A stretch of DNA of 62,910 bases, filler included, from Octopus bimaculoides (lineage: Eukaryota), in assembly GCF_001194135.2 (NCBI RefSeq). It is 10 parts of 9 records of this genome, joined end to end, with 100 filler letters (N's around TTAATTAATTAA, not from the genome) between each part and the next. Parts side by side here need not be neighbours in the genome. Positions count along the whole stretch, not along the records: positions 22,340 to 27,882 come from NC_068989.1; positions 27,983 to 29,712 come from NW_026310741.1; positions 29,813 to 41,063 come from NC_068996.1; 7 more parts are not named here. One strand, 5' to 3'. This document shows positions 23,050 to 36,542 of the stretch, piece by piece. Every line of letters starts with the position of its first letter. The first letter of the stretch is position 1. A program made the position numbers and the translations under genes. Below the pieces are notes generated by a model. It saw nothing but the letters and a program-made list of their open reading frames with translations, was not told the DNA's origin and searched no databases.

Positions 23050-24480
23050 ATCAGATATAAATATTTTGATTCGACATCAGTGACTATTATGCATCAATAA
23101 CTTCACCTAAAACAACTTTTGTACGCTAAATTCATCTCAAATATCGCGAAAGCATCAACAGAAATCATTGGGCACGATTTAAAAGTAGTTGTCAAATAAA
23201 AAATTCAAAGAACCTTTTGATGTGAATATGGGTGCTGAGGACTCTGCAAAAACAAGTGAGCTGACAGACTCTACTTACTCCAGAGAAAGTAAAACAATTT
23301 TACGATAGTCATCATAATCTTTTTTCGGAATAATGAATTCATATTTCAAACTATTTTTGAGATCCTAGATTTCTGAAAAACATCGTAGCTTATTTCATTA
23401 AAGTCAGTTATCTTAATGTTACACGAGACTCTTCCAAATATTTTTGTTTCCCCAACCATAAATCGAACCGTAATGCAAAATTATATCCGTTGTTTTGTCA
23501 ACCTCCTCCGGTGTATTATTATCACGCTTGTCTCGAACACGTCACTTAGGATTTTCGGCTCATCAGCTAACGGAAAAAATGCTTCTCAACGCATCTTATT
23601 ATTACAAGGAAAACTTGAGCAGAAGTGGCTTTAAAGATAAAATCTGTTACATAACAACACCTATCACCAACCACATTATAAACAAGAATTGGAAAAGAAA
23701 CCCAAACCGATACTCATCTCCCTCTAATAATGGTTTCAAATTTTGGCACAAGGCCAGGAATTTTTGAGAGAAATGGTGGGGTCAGCTGACCACAACGAGC
23801 TCAGTACTTGACTAGTACTTAGTCTATCGACAACGAAAGGATGAACGCCAAAGTCTAACTCGGCGGAATTTAAACTCAGGACGAAAAGACGGACGAAATG
23901 CCTCTAAGAATTTTTCCCGGCATGCGAACTATTCTCCAGCTCACCACTTTATCTCAGTCGCTATACTACTAGTTCAGAATTCGTTTAAGGTCTTTAAGAA
24001 ATATTTACCCTTAAATCACAAAATCATCAAATAGTTAATAGAAATATTTCTAAACTTTTCAACTCTACTACTACAAAACTTTGATTACAACTTTAGATAT
24101 CATAACACTTACAAGCTTAAAACATAAAGCAATTAACCAACAAAACACCAATATGTGCAACTCCCTCTTCCCAATAGCTGCCGTTTAGATTCTAAATGCA
24201 TGATTAAGGATATTGTATATCAATGTCGGGTTTGTACTTAAGACAAAACAAAAGCTTACTTGAGATTGACCTCAAAGCCATTTAAGTCAAGATTATATTT
24301 ACATGAGCATTCCTCTATAAACTAACTGAAATACAGACGAATTGTTTGGCTTCATACATTTGGTCGTTAGAGCATGCTTCAATACCATATCAACTTAAAT
24401 AAAGCCTTTTAGATCTAAAGCATACAGGAAGAACAATAACCCACGTAATATTTATAGAATAGAGGGCTTTCATATTCTTT
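23050..24480 (+). mobile_element. Penelope-like element (RT then GIY-YIG), decayed, SINE-interrupted; Naiad-like by motif recall
   Basis: FDISDYYASIT, FDVNMGAEDSAKTSEL, VSYLNVT, YYKENLSRSGF; then CRLDSKCMIKDIVYQCRV..AYLRLTSKPFKSR..H, LASYIWSLE. Confidence 0.85.
23730..23945 (-). mobile_element. SINE family A inserted in the PLE
   Basis: Full head, core and tail similarity. Confidence 0.85.
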
Positions 24481-24879
24481 TTGTAATGACTTCTTCATTC
24501 AGCTACCATTCAAAGGAGTTTCTAAAATCTGCAGAAAATTCAAGTCGTAAGATTTTACAAACTAACCATTTTTCGCATCATTACATATTTGTATGTGTGC
24601 GTGTGTGTGTATCAGCAAGTGAATTTACACATAATTTTTCCGTTATTCGATTCATAAAAATATCCAACGTCTTAAATCTTCTAACTAATAGTCTTTCTCC
24701 TTCACCATTATTAACAGTTGTAAATCTATCAACGCTAAATCTTAATTGATGTGTATGACTGCTAGCGTTGTTTAGTTTTGTGTTTACTTTGAGTTAGTTA
24801 TCATTTAAACCGATTTGATTCACTTTTCAACTTCACGTCATTCTACTTCGACAGGCTTATGGGAATTTACGAAACGGTT

Positions 24880-25030
24880 TGATCATCCCTAAAATGTCGA
24901 TTTTTATTAACTACGCTAAATCCATCACAAATATCACTAAAAAGGAAAATCAGTTGTCAAATACAACGATATCTTATGGATCAATAAAAACAATATAAAG
25001 AACTTTTTGATGTAATTCAGGCATTTTATA
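24880..25030 (+). mobile_element. Second small PLE RT fragment
   Basis: Similar to 23120-23230 (tacgctaaat.catc.caaatatc..aagaac.ttttgatgt). Confidence 0.45.
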
Positions 25031-25190
25031 ATTCTTCCTCCCAACGGGGAAATCAAAAATTTCTTTATCAGTAGTTGGTTCTTCGCTAGACGACATCTAA
25101 TTCTTCCTCTCAACGGGGGAAACAAACATATCTGTTTCAACGGTAGGCTCCTCACCAGACATCATTCTTCCCTCCAACGGGGGAATGAAC
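25031..25190. repeat. Three degenerate ~65-bp tandem units, each starting with ATTCTTCC..CAACGGGG(G)AA
   Basis: Units start at 25031, 25100 and 25164; the spacers are also homologous. Confidence 0.8.
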
Positions 25191-25742
25191 AATGCATGCT
25201 TTCTACAAACACTTAGACAGTGTTTTCCAATGAAAACTTCAACAGTTATTAACAAATTCAACAATTTAACAAGAAAACAGCAGTTATTAACAATATTAAC
25301 AATAAGGAAATAGCAATTTTCACAACGAACGAGGAACTTACCACACGTGGTTATTCTTTGTAAAGGCTGTGAAAGACTGAGAAAAACATTTCGTTAAACT
25401 CTTTGGTTTAAAACAAAAAGGAAGAAGGAATTCACGGTTTCATCTCGGAGCGGGAGCGAGACACCCGTCTCATTTCCATTGTAATTTAATTCATTTTACA
25501 TTTATCCTTTCATATGTTTTTTGTTCCCGCATGTCTGTGTATGTCCCCTCTGTGTTTAGGCTTTCTGCCTGTAATAAAGAATAAACCTCTAGCCGAACAA
25601 TTTTTTGGTTTTTATTGATAATATGCCGTTACCAAGGTTATGTGAGTTCGTTCTACGTTGTCTCAACTGTTATTGTAATAATTTGTGTGCGGCGTTGCAG
25701 CGGATTTTTAGGTGAAGCTGCCCTCTAACAGTTTGAGGGGGG

Positions 25743-27700
25743 ATGGCGGAAGCTTATTCAGAAGTGAGTGAGTCAGAGGTGTCATATTCGGAGCTGTCAT
25801 CGTCTGAAGAGGAGCTGGTAGAAGCTGTAATGAAGATGGACAGAGCTTTAAAGAAGAAAACTTTTTCGAAAGTAACTGAAGTGCCAAAGAAAGAGGTAAG
25901 CCTGAACAATTTGAAAAATTATGAAAAAAAATTCTAAAAAAGCAAGGTGGTGACGTGAAATTGTCACCACCACAAGAAATACTAAGGGAAATGGAAGAAA
26001 GGAAGATTGTATACAAGGCTTATTCTGTCAAGGAGAAAAAGATAGAGAATAAACAGACGGACAAAATTGAAAAGGCNNNNNNNNNNNNNNNNNNNNNNNN
26101 NNNNNNNNNNNNNNNNNNNNNNNNNNNNNNNNNNNNNNNNNNNNNNNNNNNNNNNNNNNNNNNNNNNNNNNNNNNNNNNNNNNNNNNNNNNNNNNNNNNN
26201 NNNNNNNNNNNNNNNNNNNNNNNNNNNNNNNNNNNNNNNNNNNNNNNNNNNNNNNNNNNNNNNNNNNNNNNNNNNNNNNNNNNNNNNNNNNNNNNNNNNN
26301 NNNNNNNNNNNNNNNNNNNNNNNNNNNNNNNNNNNNNNNNNNNNNNNNNNNNNNNNNNNNNNNNNNNNNNNNNNNNNNNNNNNNNNNNNNNNNNNNNNNN
26401 NNNNNNNNNNNNNNNNNNNNNNNNNNNNNNNNNNNNNNNNNNNNNNNNNNNNNNNNNNNNNNNNNNNNNNNNNNNNNNNNNNNNNNNNNNNNNNNNNNNN
26501 NNNNNNNNNNNNNNNNNNNNNNNNNNNNNNNNNNNNNNNNNNNNNNNNNNNNNNNNNNNNNNNNNNNNNNNNNNNNNNNNNNNNNNNNNNNNNNNNNNNN
26601 NNNNNNNNNNNNNNNNNNNNNNNNNNNNNNNNNNNNNNNNNNNNNNNNNNNNNNNNNNNNNNNNNNNNNNNNNNNNNNNNNNNNNNNNNNNNNNNNNNNN
26701 NNNNNNNNNNNNNNNNNNNNNNNNNNNNNNNNNNNNNNNNNNNNNNNNNNNNNNNNNNNNNNNNNNNNNNNNNNNNNNNNNNNNNNNNNNNNNNNNNNNN
26801 NNNNNNNNNNNNNNNNNNNNNNNNNNNNNNNNNNNNNNCATACCCACCCACCCATACCACCTACCCATACCCTCTCAACCCTCCCATCCCACTGCAGACA
26901 CCAAACCCACCCATTCCCCTTCTACACTAAAAAGAAAAAGAACTGCAGTCATAGAAAAACCGCAAAACGACCTTCCCACTTGTATTGTTTGTGCTTAGTT
27001 GAAGGGCTTGGGGGAATGTGGTGGATGAGTTGGTGCAGGAAAAGCGAATAATGGAAGCCAGGAATGAAGTGGTGGAGAGGTGCATGGCACCAATATGGAA
27101 TCAGGTATGCTACATTAGCCGTGGAACACGAAGCGCAGTTCCAAGCGGCTAACGTAGCCAAAGAGGTGTCAACAAAGACACTAAAGAATAAGGAGATAAT
27201 GTTGCTACCCACATACTTGGGACGCAGAACTGCAAAAATTACGGTCGAAGAAATTCTAGCATAATATGAAGTTATGTGGGTAGCAGCGGCAGTGATTTAC
27301 GACGTAGAGGAGGAGGTATCCATCTTACAGATGAAAAAGAAAGACGCAATAAAGTGGAAAGGCCAGAACTAGAAATAGTGGTCCAAGCTGCGAATGAAAC
27401 CCTAGAAAATTTACCCGATAGGGTATTTGTAGGGGAGGGGCAATCAATGCAAGTGGTCGTGGAGGGACGTAGGCCCCGATGCTTCAAGTGTGGAGAGAAG
27501 GGCCACGTACGCTCCAAGTACACCAAAAATAAAAAAGAGAATGAGGCCCCTCCCCAAAAAGCTGCAAAGGAGGAGAAAGAAAAAAGACAGACTGGAAAAC
27601 GCTTCAGAGAAGAAGGAAGAAAAAGTAGCTGAGGAGAAAGACACAAATGAAGAAATGGATTTTATCACAGTCACACACAAACGAAAAAAGACATGTCACT
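25743..27700 (+). mobile_element. Gag-like ORF1 of a non-LTR element, decayed and gapped, with a zinc knuckle
   Basis: Acidic/basic N-terminus; LLPTYLGRRTAKITV; VVVEGRRPRCFKCGEKGHVRSKY (CX2CX4HX4C with last C changed to Y). Confidence 0.8.
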
Positions 27701-28996
27701 GACTCCCCTCCCCAATCAAAAAGATCAACAAAGCATGCAACAGACACACATAACTAAACTCCCCAACCCAGCCCCAAGGTAAAATCATTTATCAACCCCT
27801 TCCCGAAACACGCGAAAAAACAGTGGCCTTTAGGGAGAAAAATGAAGTGTTGTCTTAAATAATTAAATCACACCATAAGGCANNNNNNNNNNNNNNNNNN
27901 NNNNNNNNNNNNNNNNNNNNNNNNNNTTAATTAATTAANNNNNNNNNNNNNNNNNNNNNNNNNNNNNNNNNNNNNNNNNNNNTATATGTATATATATATA
28001 TATACATACATACACGTTATCTCTTTCTCTCTGCGTCTCTCACATACACGCACATATACATATATCCAATGTTTTTTCTTATTATATATTATACTAAAAT
28101 CTTCGAGAAACAATTTTATTTTATTTTTAATAATTGAAATGTTTTAAGGAAATGGTGTAGATAGGTGATGTAACGTCCATAACGCTTCAATTTTGTCGAG
28201 ATAACTTTGATCTTCTATCCATATTCTGTTTATTTTTGTTTCCTCATTTGTTTAGTATGCACTGTTTAAAATATGTCTGCCTATATTCGAAGTCATTCCA
28301 GCTGGCATTATCTTCTACCTTCAGAGGTATCGTGCGCCATCGAATTCATGCATCCTAACGCACCTTCACCTTTTTTTAAAAACATATTTAGGGATCTAAT
28401 TTGACGTAGATTCAGTTGCTATTTCTAGCCTATTGTATCAACTGGGTAATGCCCTGTTGCCTCGACATTATCATTTCTATTGTCGTTTGACCTTATGTCA
28501 GACATGACTAGAAAGACATATTTTCGGAGACACTTCAAAAGTGTTAAGTGTAACTAGCCATACATTATTCATTGCGTTTCTTTTTCAATACATGGAAAGG
28601 TGTAATTAATGAGAGCTTTAGGTGTTATTTCTACAATGTCGTGAGGTCCTTAGATGCTCCGTCATTGTCAGAAACTATGATTGCATTATCAAAAGTACGT
28701 AATGAAGAGAAACGAATTCTCCATATGCGTCGCCAAAATATACATATCAGCTTCAAAGACATTGTTATATTATGGGATGGCAAAGAGTGTGGTTGTAGAT
28801 ATACCTGTGTGTGTGTGTATATGTGTTTGTGTTTATATATGTGTGAATGTTTGTGTTTGTTGTGTCGTATGCATATGAGCCTGTGTGTGAATGACTAGTA
28901 CAGTTTTTTCGGTATTCTTGAATGAATGTGAGTAAAGAAAAAATATTTGAGAACTTGCATTTGTCCCACTGGAGCTGTATGTATATATATGTCTAC

Positions 28997-29035
<39 letters not shown>

Positions 29036-29099
29036 CACACACACTTACGCACACACATATGTATGTATATATGTATATATAAATACCTACACATACTTA

Positions 29100-29144
<45 letters not shown>

Positions 29145-29663
29145 GAACGTGCATAATATAGTATATATATGAGTGTGTATAAATACATATATGTATATAT
29201 GAAAATGTGTAATATAGTATATATATGACCGAATATATACACACACACACTCCACACGTGTGTACATTTATATGCGTATATATGTGTGTGTGTATGTAGT
29301 TACAGACATATACACGCACTCAAGAATAGTTTAGTGTTGAGGAAATTTACTTCTTTAGTTACCATAAGAACGTGGTGACGATCCTACCGTGTTGCATTTC
29401 GGACAGTTACCTGCGTAAGGTTTTCCGGAGTTTTGTATTGGCCCGGGGTTTGTGAATGTATTTGGATGGACAGAAAGTTTGTAGAAACTCGTCGGATTGA
29501 CTGTAGCTTTAGTACAAGCTTTAATACAAGCTTTGTCACATAGTATCACAAGAATTTCACTTGGGAATTACGCTTGATGCTACGCGGTGTCTACCGAATA
29601 TTCAGCCAGCATGGAAGTTCATACATCACACACATATCCACACAACGCTCGCGTGTATATAGA

Positions 29664-29699
<36 letters not shown>

Positions 29700-30796
29700 T
29701 AAATTATATATANNNNNNNNNNNNNNNNNNNNNNNNNNNNNNNNNNNNNNNNNNNNTTAATTAATTAANNNNNNNNNNNNNNNNNNNNNNNNNNNNNNNN
29801 NNNNNNNNNNNNTGTAAGACATTCTACATAAAATATAAATTTACTTATGCCATTGGTCTCTTTATCTCATTCTTTTTATATATACACACGCTAATACACG
29901 ACCCATGTTATATTCCCCATTCATGTTGCAACCACACGTGGGGCAAAACTAGTCGGTATACAGCACTTACTCGGTATTACCTGTATCATTAGGGTCTGGT
30001 TGACTCCATTACCCTTCATAACCTTTATTATGTATATATGTATGTACGTATGTTTGTATATGTATATATCTTTGTGTTTGTGCCTGCTCGGCCAAAGAGA
30101 TTGGTAGAATAGGTTCCAAACTTGAAAATATGTAATGGTGTCTATTTGTTCGATACTAAACACTTCAGTGTTGTGCCCCAGTATGGTCGCAATCCATTCG
30201 CTGAATGTAAAAGATAAGATACTAACGTCTGTTTACAAATGTTAATTAAAACATTGGCCTAGTCAATTAAGCAACTCTCAGAGAATATGGAAGAACTATA
30301 GACACAATCCCTACCGTCTGAGTAAACCTTAAAAAATTTTTAATCATAGAAAAAAGAAGAACCCCCAAAATCACTCCGGTTTTTATTTTTATTTTATGTC
30401 TGTATGTTTTTGGATTATTTTTGTATTGTTTTGTATTTTGTAATGATCTTGCAACAAATGTTTCACCATTAGGATCACATCATCAAGCGAAACATTTTTA
30501 CTAAAACAAAAATAAAAAGGAAAAGACAGAGAGGGAGAGAGAGAAAGCGAAACAAACAGAAAGGAAGAGGGAAAGAAAGAAAGGGAGAGTGGTAGAAGAA
30601 AGAAATGAAGGAAGAAAGAGAGAGCGAGAGAGAGCTGTGTCAACAAGGGGGTTTCAATGGTGCCTTCCGACCTGATAGATATAACAATCACTTCACTCTC
30701 AAATCGCAATGTTATTTTCAAGAAAAGTAAAGGTTCACTAGATATATGTTACTTTATTCTGAGACACACTATATCGGAAAGAAACGAGGTAGGGTA

Positions 30797-31220
30797 ACTC
30801 TTTGCTCTCTCTTTTACTCTTTTATATGTTTCAGTCATTTGACTGCGGCCATGCTGGAGCACCGACTTTAGTCGAGCAAATCGACCCCAGGACTTATTCT
30901 TTGTAAGCCTAGTACTTATTCTATCGGTCTCTTTTGCTGAACTGCTAAGTGACGGGGACGCAAACACACCAGCATCGGTTGTCAAGTGATGTTGCGGGGA
31001 TAAACACAGACACACAAACATATACACACACATACATATATATACATATACATATATATGATGGGCTTCTTTCAGTTTCCGTCTACCAAATCCACTCACA
31101 AGGCTTTGGTCGGCCCGAGGCTTTTAGTAGAAGACACTTGCCCAAGGTGCCACGCAGTGGGACTGAACCTGGAACCATGTGATTTGTAAGCAAGCTTATT
31201 AACACACAGCCACTCCTGTG
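30797..31220 (-). mobile_element. SINE family B, full length, internal CA/TA microsatellite
   Basis: Head, CORE, microsatellite slot and 3' module ending (gagta/aaagag) repeats. Confidence 0.92.
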
Positions 31221-31867
31221 CAAATGCTTTTGATCATACGTTTGTTCGTTTAGAGGTGNNNNNNNNNNNNNNNNNNNNNNNNNNNNNNNNNNNNNNNNNN
31301 NNNNNNNNNNNNNNNNNNNNNNNNNNNNNNNNNNNNNNNNNNNNNNNNNNNNNNNNNNNNNNNNNNNNNNNNNNNNNNNNNNNNNNNNNNNNNNNNNNNN
31401 NNNNNNNNNNNNNNNNNNNNNNNNNNNNNNNNNNNNNNNNNNNNNNNNNNNNNNNNNNNNNNNNNNNNNNNNNNNNNNNNNNNNNNNNNNNNNNNNNNNN
31501 NNNNNNNNNNNNNNNNNNNNNNNNNNNNNNNNNNNNNNNNNNNNNNNNNNNNNNNNNNNNNNNNNNNNNNNNNNNNNNNNNNNNNNNNNNNNNNNNNNNN
31601 NNNNNNNNNNNNNNNNNNNNNNNNNNNNNNNNNNNNNNNNNNNNNNNNNNNNNNNNNNNNNNNNNNNNNNNNNNNNNNNNNNNNNNNNNNNNNNNNNNNN
31701 NNNNNNNNNNNNNNNNNNNNNNNNNNNNNNNNNNNNNNNNNNNNNNNNNNNNNNNNNNNNNNNNNNNNNNNNNNNNNNNNNNNNNNNNNNNNNNNNNNNN
31801 NNNNNNNNNNNNNNNNNNNNNNNNNNNNNNNNNNNNNNNNNNNNNNNNNNNNNNNNNGAGTGTTTCT

Positions 31868-32157
31868 TGAGCGAAAACCCCTAAAGCTCCACGAGGCTCC
31901 GACATGGGGTGGTAGTGAACCCTACTGTACTCTTTCACCACAACTTTCTCTCACTCTTTCTTCCTGTTTCTGTTGTACCTGTATTTCAAAGGGTCAGCCT
32001 TGTCACACTGTGTCACGCTGAATATCCCCGAGAACTACGTTAAGGGTGCACGTGTCTGTGGAGTACTCAGCCACTTGCACGTTAATTTCACGAGCAGGCT
32101 GTTCCGTTGATCGGATCAACTGGAACCCTCGACGTCGTAAGCGACTGAGTGCCAACA
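31868..32157 (+). mobile_element. SINE family C, 3' part with (AAC)n tail
   Basis: About 95% identical to the reverse complement of 33083-33370. Confidence 0.9.
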
Positions 32158-33082
32158 ACAACAACAACAACATATGTGTTTTGACAGTAACGCCAACAAC
32201 TGGGTGGAATAACGCCAAGTTGTATCAGCCATAAAGTGGTGACCCTTTGCGTGAAAAGACACCTCCTACGTGAGGAGGCAAAACTTACTTGCAAAGACAA
32301 CTGCCAGTTTTACAAACACGCACACATGTTACCCAGGCTTGAAAATGCAAATGCATTCAACCCTAATTATTTACAAATTCTAATTCATAGATTCTGGTAT
32401 GATTTATTTTGTTGTTATTATTGTTGTTGTTGTTGTTGTTTTACACCAGAGCAAGCCTGTTACGAGAAGAGTGGCGTATTCCGAGTAAAATCTCATGTTG
32501 GGTGAAAGGCAAAGAGTGAGAGTGACCACTTAATTTATTCCCATGAAAAGACACGTTATCGGTCCTTTCTTTACTTGTTAGTGTTTCCATTAGTAAAACT
32601 TTGTAAATTCGTTTAATTTTCGTTCGGTTAATTTCTCGTCTCGTCAGGATATTTTCTTCTTTGTCTTTTTTGTCCAGTTTTTAGGATTCGTTTGTGTGTT
32701 GGTGCATTATTTCTGGGAGTGATGCAGTCGTTGTTTGGTGCAATGTTCGTGTGTTAATGTTTGAGGTTCATTAACACTTTTTTAAAATTTACATTTATGA
32801 CTTCGTAATTTATGATAAATTTGTGAGTACGAGTTATTGATTTCAATTTCGATTGGGTTGTGTCTATAGTTGTTCTTGTAGTCTTAATGTTATCTCTCGT
32901 CATGGTGGTGGTAGTGGAGGAGTGTTATAGTGACGTTTTGCTGCTCTACTCCTTTCGAATAACCCCACCCCTCAAATCTTCCATCTTTCCGTCTGCACAA
33001 ATTCGTTTTGTGCTTTTTCCTTTCAGTCTCCTTTCTTATGGAGGATAGTTTTCTATTTTTCAAAATTATCTTGTTTGTTACA

Positions 33083-33370
33083 TGTTGGCACTCCGTCGCT
33101 TACGACGTCGAGGGTTCCAGTTGATCCGATCAACGGAACAGCCTGCTCGTGAAATTAACGTGCAAGTGGCTGAGCACTCCACAGACACGTGTACCCTTAA
33201 TGTAGTTCTCGGGGATATTCAGCGTGACAATGTGACAAGGCTGACCCTTTGAATTACAGGCACAACAGAAACAGGAAGTAAGAGTGAGAGAAAGTTGTGG
33301 TGAAAGAGTACAGTAGGGTTCGCCACCATCCCCTGCCGGAGCCTCGTGGAGCTTTAGGTGTTTTCGCTCA
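33083..33370 (-). mobile_element. SINE family C, 3' part (inverted partner)
   Basis: See 31868-32157. Confidence 0.9.
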
Positions 33371-33539
33371 NNNNNNNNNNNNNNNNNNNNNNNNNNNNNN
33401 NNNNNNNNNNNNNNNNNNNNNNNNNNNNNNNNNNNNNNNNNNNNNNNNNNNNNNNNNNNNNNNNNNNNNNNNNNNNNNNNNNNNNNNNNNNNNNNNNNNN
33501 NNNNNNNNNNNNNNNNNCTGTCTGTTGTTTTTGGTAGTA

Positions 33540-34450
33540 TATAACTGTGTACACTTGGGAGATTATTGAGCCAAAAACCCTGAACACCATCTGGTCCGGG
33601 TGCTTTCCAGTTTATCTTCTTTTCTTCTTATCCGTGATTGTTATATTTTCTTGTGTTCCGGCAACTTCCATTTCTCTTTTAAGTTCCCGTAATCTTTCTG
33701 CTTTTATTTTGTTGGCCTTCTTTGCTCCAGGATTTCTGCTCAGAATTTCCTTGTTGCTTCAGCATCTAGCATATCATTCCTTTTGTGCTCCTCTTCATTA
33801 TTCAGTTGTCTATAGAATTTTCCTTCGTTTTTCTTTTTTTTTTTCCGAGAGTCTATGTCCTAAAACTAATTTGTTCTCTGTTGATATGTTCTTTTATCCA
33901 ACCCTGCTTTGATTTCTTTTCTGTTAGTTCCTCTTTAACTACTTGCAATCCTGTGTGTCTTGTGTTGTACTTCCTTTGCTGTTCGTTCTAGTGTCTTTCC
34001 TTCACCCTCTTCTTTTATATCATTGCTTGTATCAGTCCCGCCATGGGAATTTGCCCTTTGTTTTTCTTTGACATTTAATCCCAAGAGTTTGCGCACCAAC
34101 AAAAGTTATGCCATATATAACGTAGTTTTGATATGTTATGTTTTCGATGTAGATTTTCCTTAACCGTCTGTCCATCTTTTTCACTATTTTATACAGACTT
34201 CCTCTTTCTTTTGCTTATTTCGTTCCTCATTCAGGTGAAGTAGTAAGCTCCTTTCTTCTTCTGTAACAGTCTTTCCCTCCACAAAGTAAAATTACCTTCG
34301 CCGGGAGCTTTTTCTTCTGTGGAAATTTATTGGTCCCTCTGATAATTCTTGTTCTTCTGCTTTTGTGTTCTTTGTGTTCACCGTAGTCACATTTACACTC
34401 TTTCACTATTGTGGAGATGTCCACCCGTTCAAACTGAGACAGCCACTGCC
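33540..34450 (-). mobile_element. R4/Dong pre-RT fragment, same lineage as 2060-3140
   Basis: Minus strand NWKAPGPDGVQGFWLNNLP; gatgctgaagca..aaattctg is shared with 2385-2420. Confidence 0.85.
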
Positions 34451-35049
34451 TTTTTATGATTATTTGTTTTATTATCTAAAACTCTTTGCTCCGTGATACG
34501 GAACATGTCTTTGTCCAGATTTTATGTATTATTTTCCGATATTCTATTTTGGTAGGCTCGCTTCTGTAATAGCATTCCATTACAGTTCTATTGTCTTAAG
34601 GTAAAATTTATCACCACTTAAAAATAGATGTTGCGTAAGAACACACAATATTGCGATATTTACCATACGAGAATCTCTCATATGGTTTTGTGGTGCATAC
34701 GAGCATTCCTGTTCACACCGCTAGCGGATAACAATCATCACCATCCCTGCTGCCAGGAGTACCAGATCACATGATTTTGGCCTTCTGTAAGCTTGTCAAT
34801 GGTAGATACATGTCTGCTGGAAATAGCAGCGACCGTCCCGCCAATGACATACATAGAATAATAGGGCCCAATATAGGGGTATGTTTTTGAGTGTGTGTGA
34901 GTGTGTGTGTGTGCGTGCGCGCGCGCGTGTGCGTGTGTGTGCGCACGTGCACTTCTGAGTTTATCCATGTATGAGGTGGAGAAAAGGTGAAAGTGAATGC
35001 TGAGTTTAAGTTTCTCATTTTTTGTGGTGAATTTCTTCTATATTGCTGC

Positions 35050-35650
35050 CACTGCAGTTGCTACAGAAAACTGGAACTCATTATGCGTTCCAGCTTAACC
35101 TGGAGAAGAATCCTCAGTTTGGTCCTAGACCAGTTCTCTCACTTCGACATTTTGAGATATAACAAGGTCTCGCTCTTCTAGAACAACACATGCGAGAATC
35201 CACCGGATATTCAGCTCTGATGGGACACCCGATATTCTTAAATTCATTAGTCTTCTACCCAAATACGTGGGAAGCGAGCAGACTCTCCACTATGGGAAGG
35301 GTAATGGAATGCTGCAATGCAAGGGCTCCAGTCTTAAGCGAAACTTCAACATCTTAGAACCGCTTTGCCTTTGATGTATGCTGCCATATATTTAGAAGAG
35401 CCCTCTCCAACATTGCGTGCGTCACTTTCCAGGCGACAAATTTTTAAAGAAAATCATCGATATAATATGGTATGTTTAGCTGCTCTTGATAGATTTTCAG
35501 GCATTGGTACCAAACCAACTTTACTCCTCTCAATTTTTCATAATCAAAAGGCATCCAACAACCTGGACCGTTTATTGTCCACTGGAAGCTATAAAGCTCC
35601 TAATGGGAAACCACTCCCGCGGAAAAGGTCTTGCTAAAAGTGCCACTGTT
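35050..35650 (-). mobile_element. Decayed ORF1 related to 27064-27700
   Basis: Minus strand LPTYLGRRLMNLRISGVP. Confidence 0.5.
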
Positions 35651-36164
35651 GTCGGGATTATTGCCTTTTATTCAACCGCTGCTACTGCTTCCGTCTCCAC
35701 TGTCACGGTTCCCGTTCCTGTAACTGTAGTCAGTTCTTGTTACTGTTGCTGATGTCATAGTTATTTTTACCGGTATTTTTGATGTTGTTAACAGCTTTGG
35801 CCTTCGGTTCGTAAGCATCGCTGTCGTTACTATCGCTCGTGTTGTAATTGTTTTTTGTAGCAGTAGTTATTTTTTGTTGTTACCGTTGCATTTGCTGTGC
35901 TTCTCATACTCGTCAGTAAGATTTCATGATCTGGTTTCGACATCACTGCAACTAATGAAGACCTTAAGGCTGGAATTGGTGTAAAAGTATCTCAGATTAT
36001 TTGGACTTGCGCTTTATTCCATATCAATTTGAACATTTCTTTTAAAAGTGTGAGTGTTGCTATTTGTCCTGTAAGTAAAATACACCATCACTCATCCATT
36101 AAAAACAAAATTCACATAACATATCTGCCAGGGCTCTTTCCTATCTATACCGTCGTCAAGTAGG

Positions 36165-36542
36165 ACTCTCTCTCTCTTTTACTTGTTTCAGTCATTTGAC
36201 TGCGGCCATGCTGGAGCACCGCCTTTAGTCGAACAAATCGACCCCAGGACTTATTTTTTGGAAGCCTAGTACTTATTCTATCGGTCTCTTTTGCCGAACC
36301 GCTAATGTGACGGGGACGTAAACATACCAGCATCGGTTGTCAAGCGATAGTGGGGTGACAAACACACATATAGATATATACGACGGGCTTCTTTCAGTTT
36401 CCGTCTACCAAATCTACTCAGAAGGCTTTGGTTGGCCCGAGGCTATAGTAGAAAACACTTGCCCAAGGTGCTACGCAGTGGGACTGAACCCAGAACCATG
36501 TGGTTGGTAAGCAAGCTACTTACCACACAGCCAATCCTGCGC
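36165..36542 (-). mobile_element. SINE family B, full length
   Basis: As 30797-31220, with a short microsatellite slot. Confidence 0.92.

Noticed and set aside
23548-23572. Minus-strand TTAG-CTGATGA-GCC-GAAA-ATC-CTAA hammerhead-like string
   Set aside because: Stem II cannot form from 3 nt, stem III is not palindromic, and it lies antisense inside the PLE RT coding region; probably chance.
25031-25190. CRISPR-like repeat-spacer appearance
   Set aside because: Only three units, the repeats are not identical, the spacers are homologous to each other, there are no cas genes, and the context is eukaryotic.
34722-34736. lac operator-like AGCGGATAACAAT
   Set aside because: Only a 13-bp match with no other vector sequence nearby; treated as chance.
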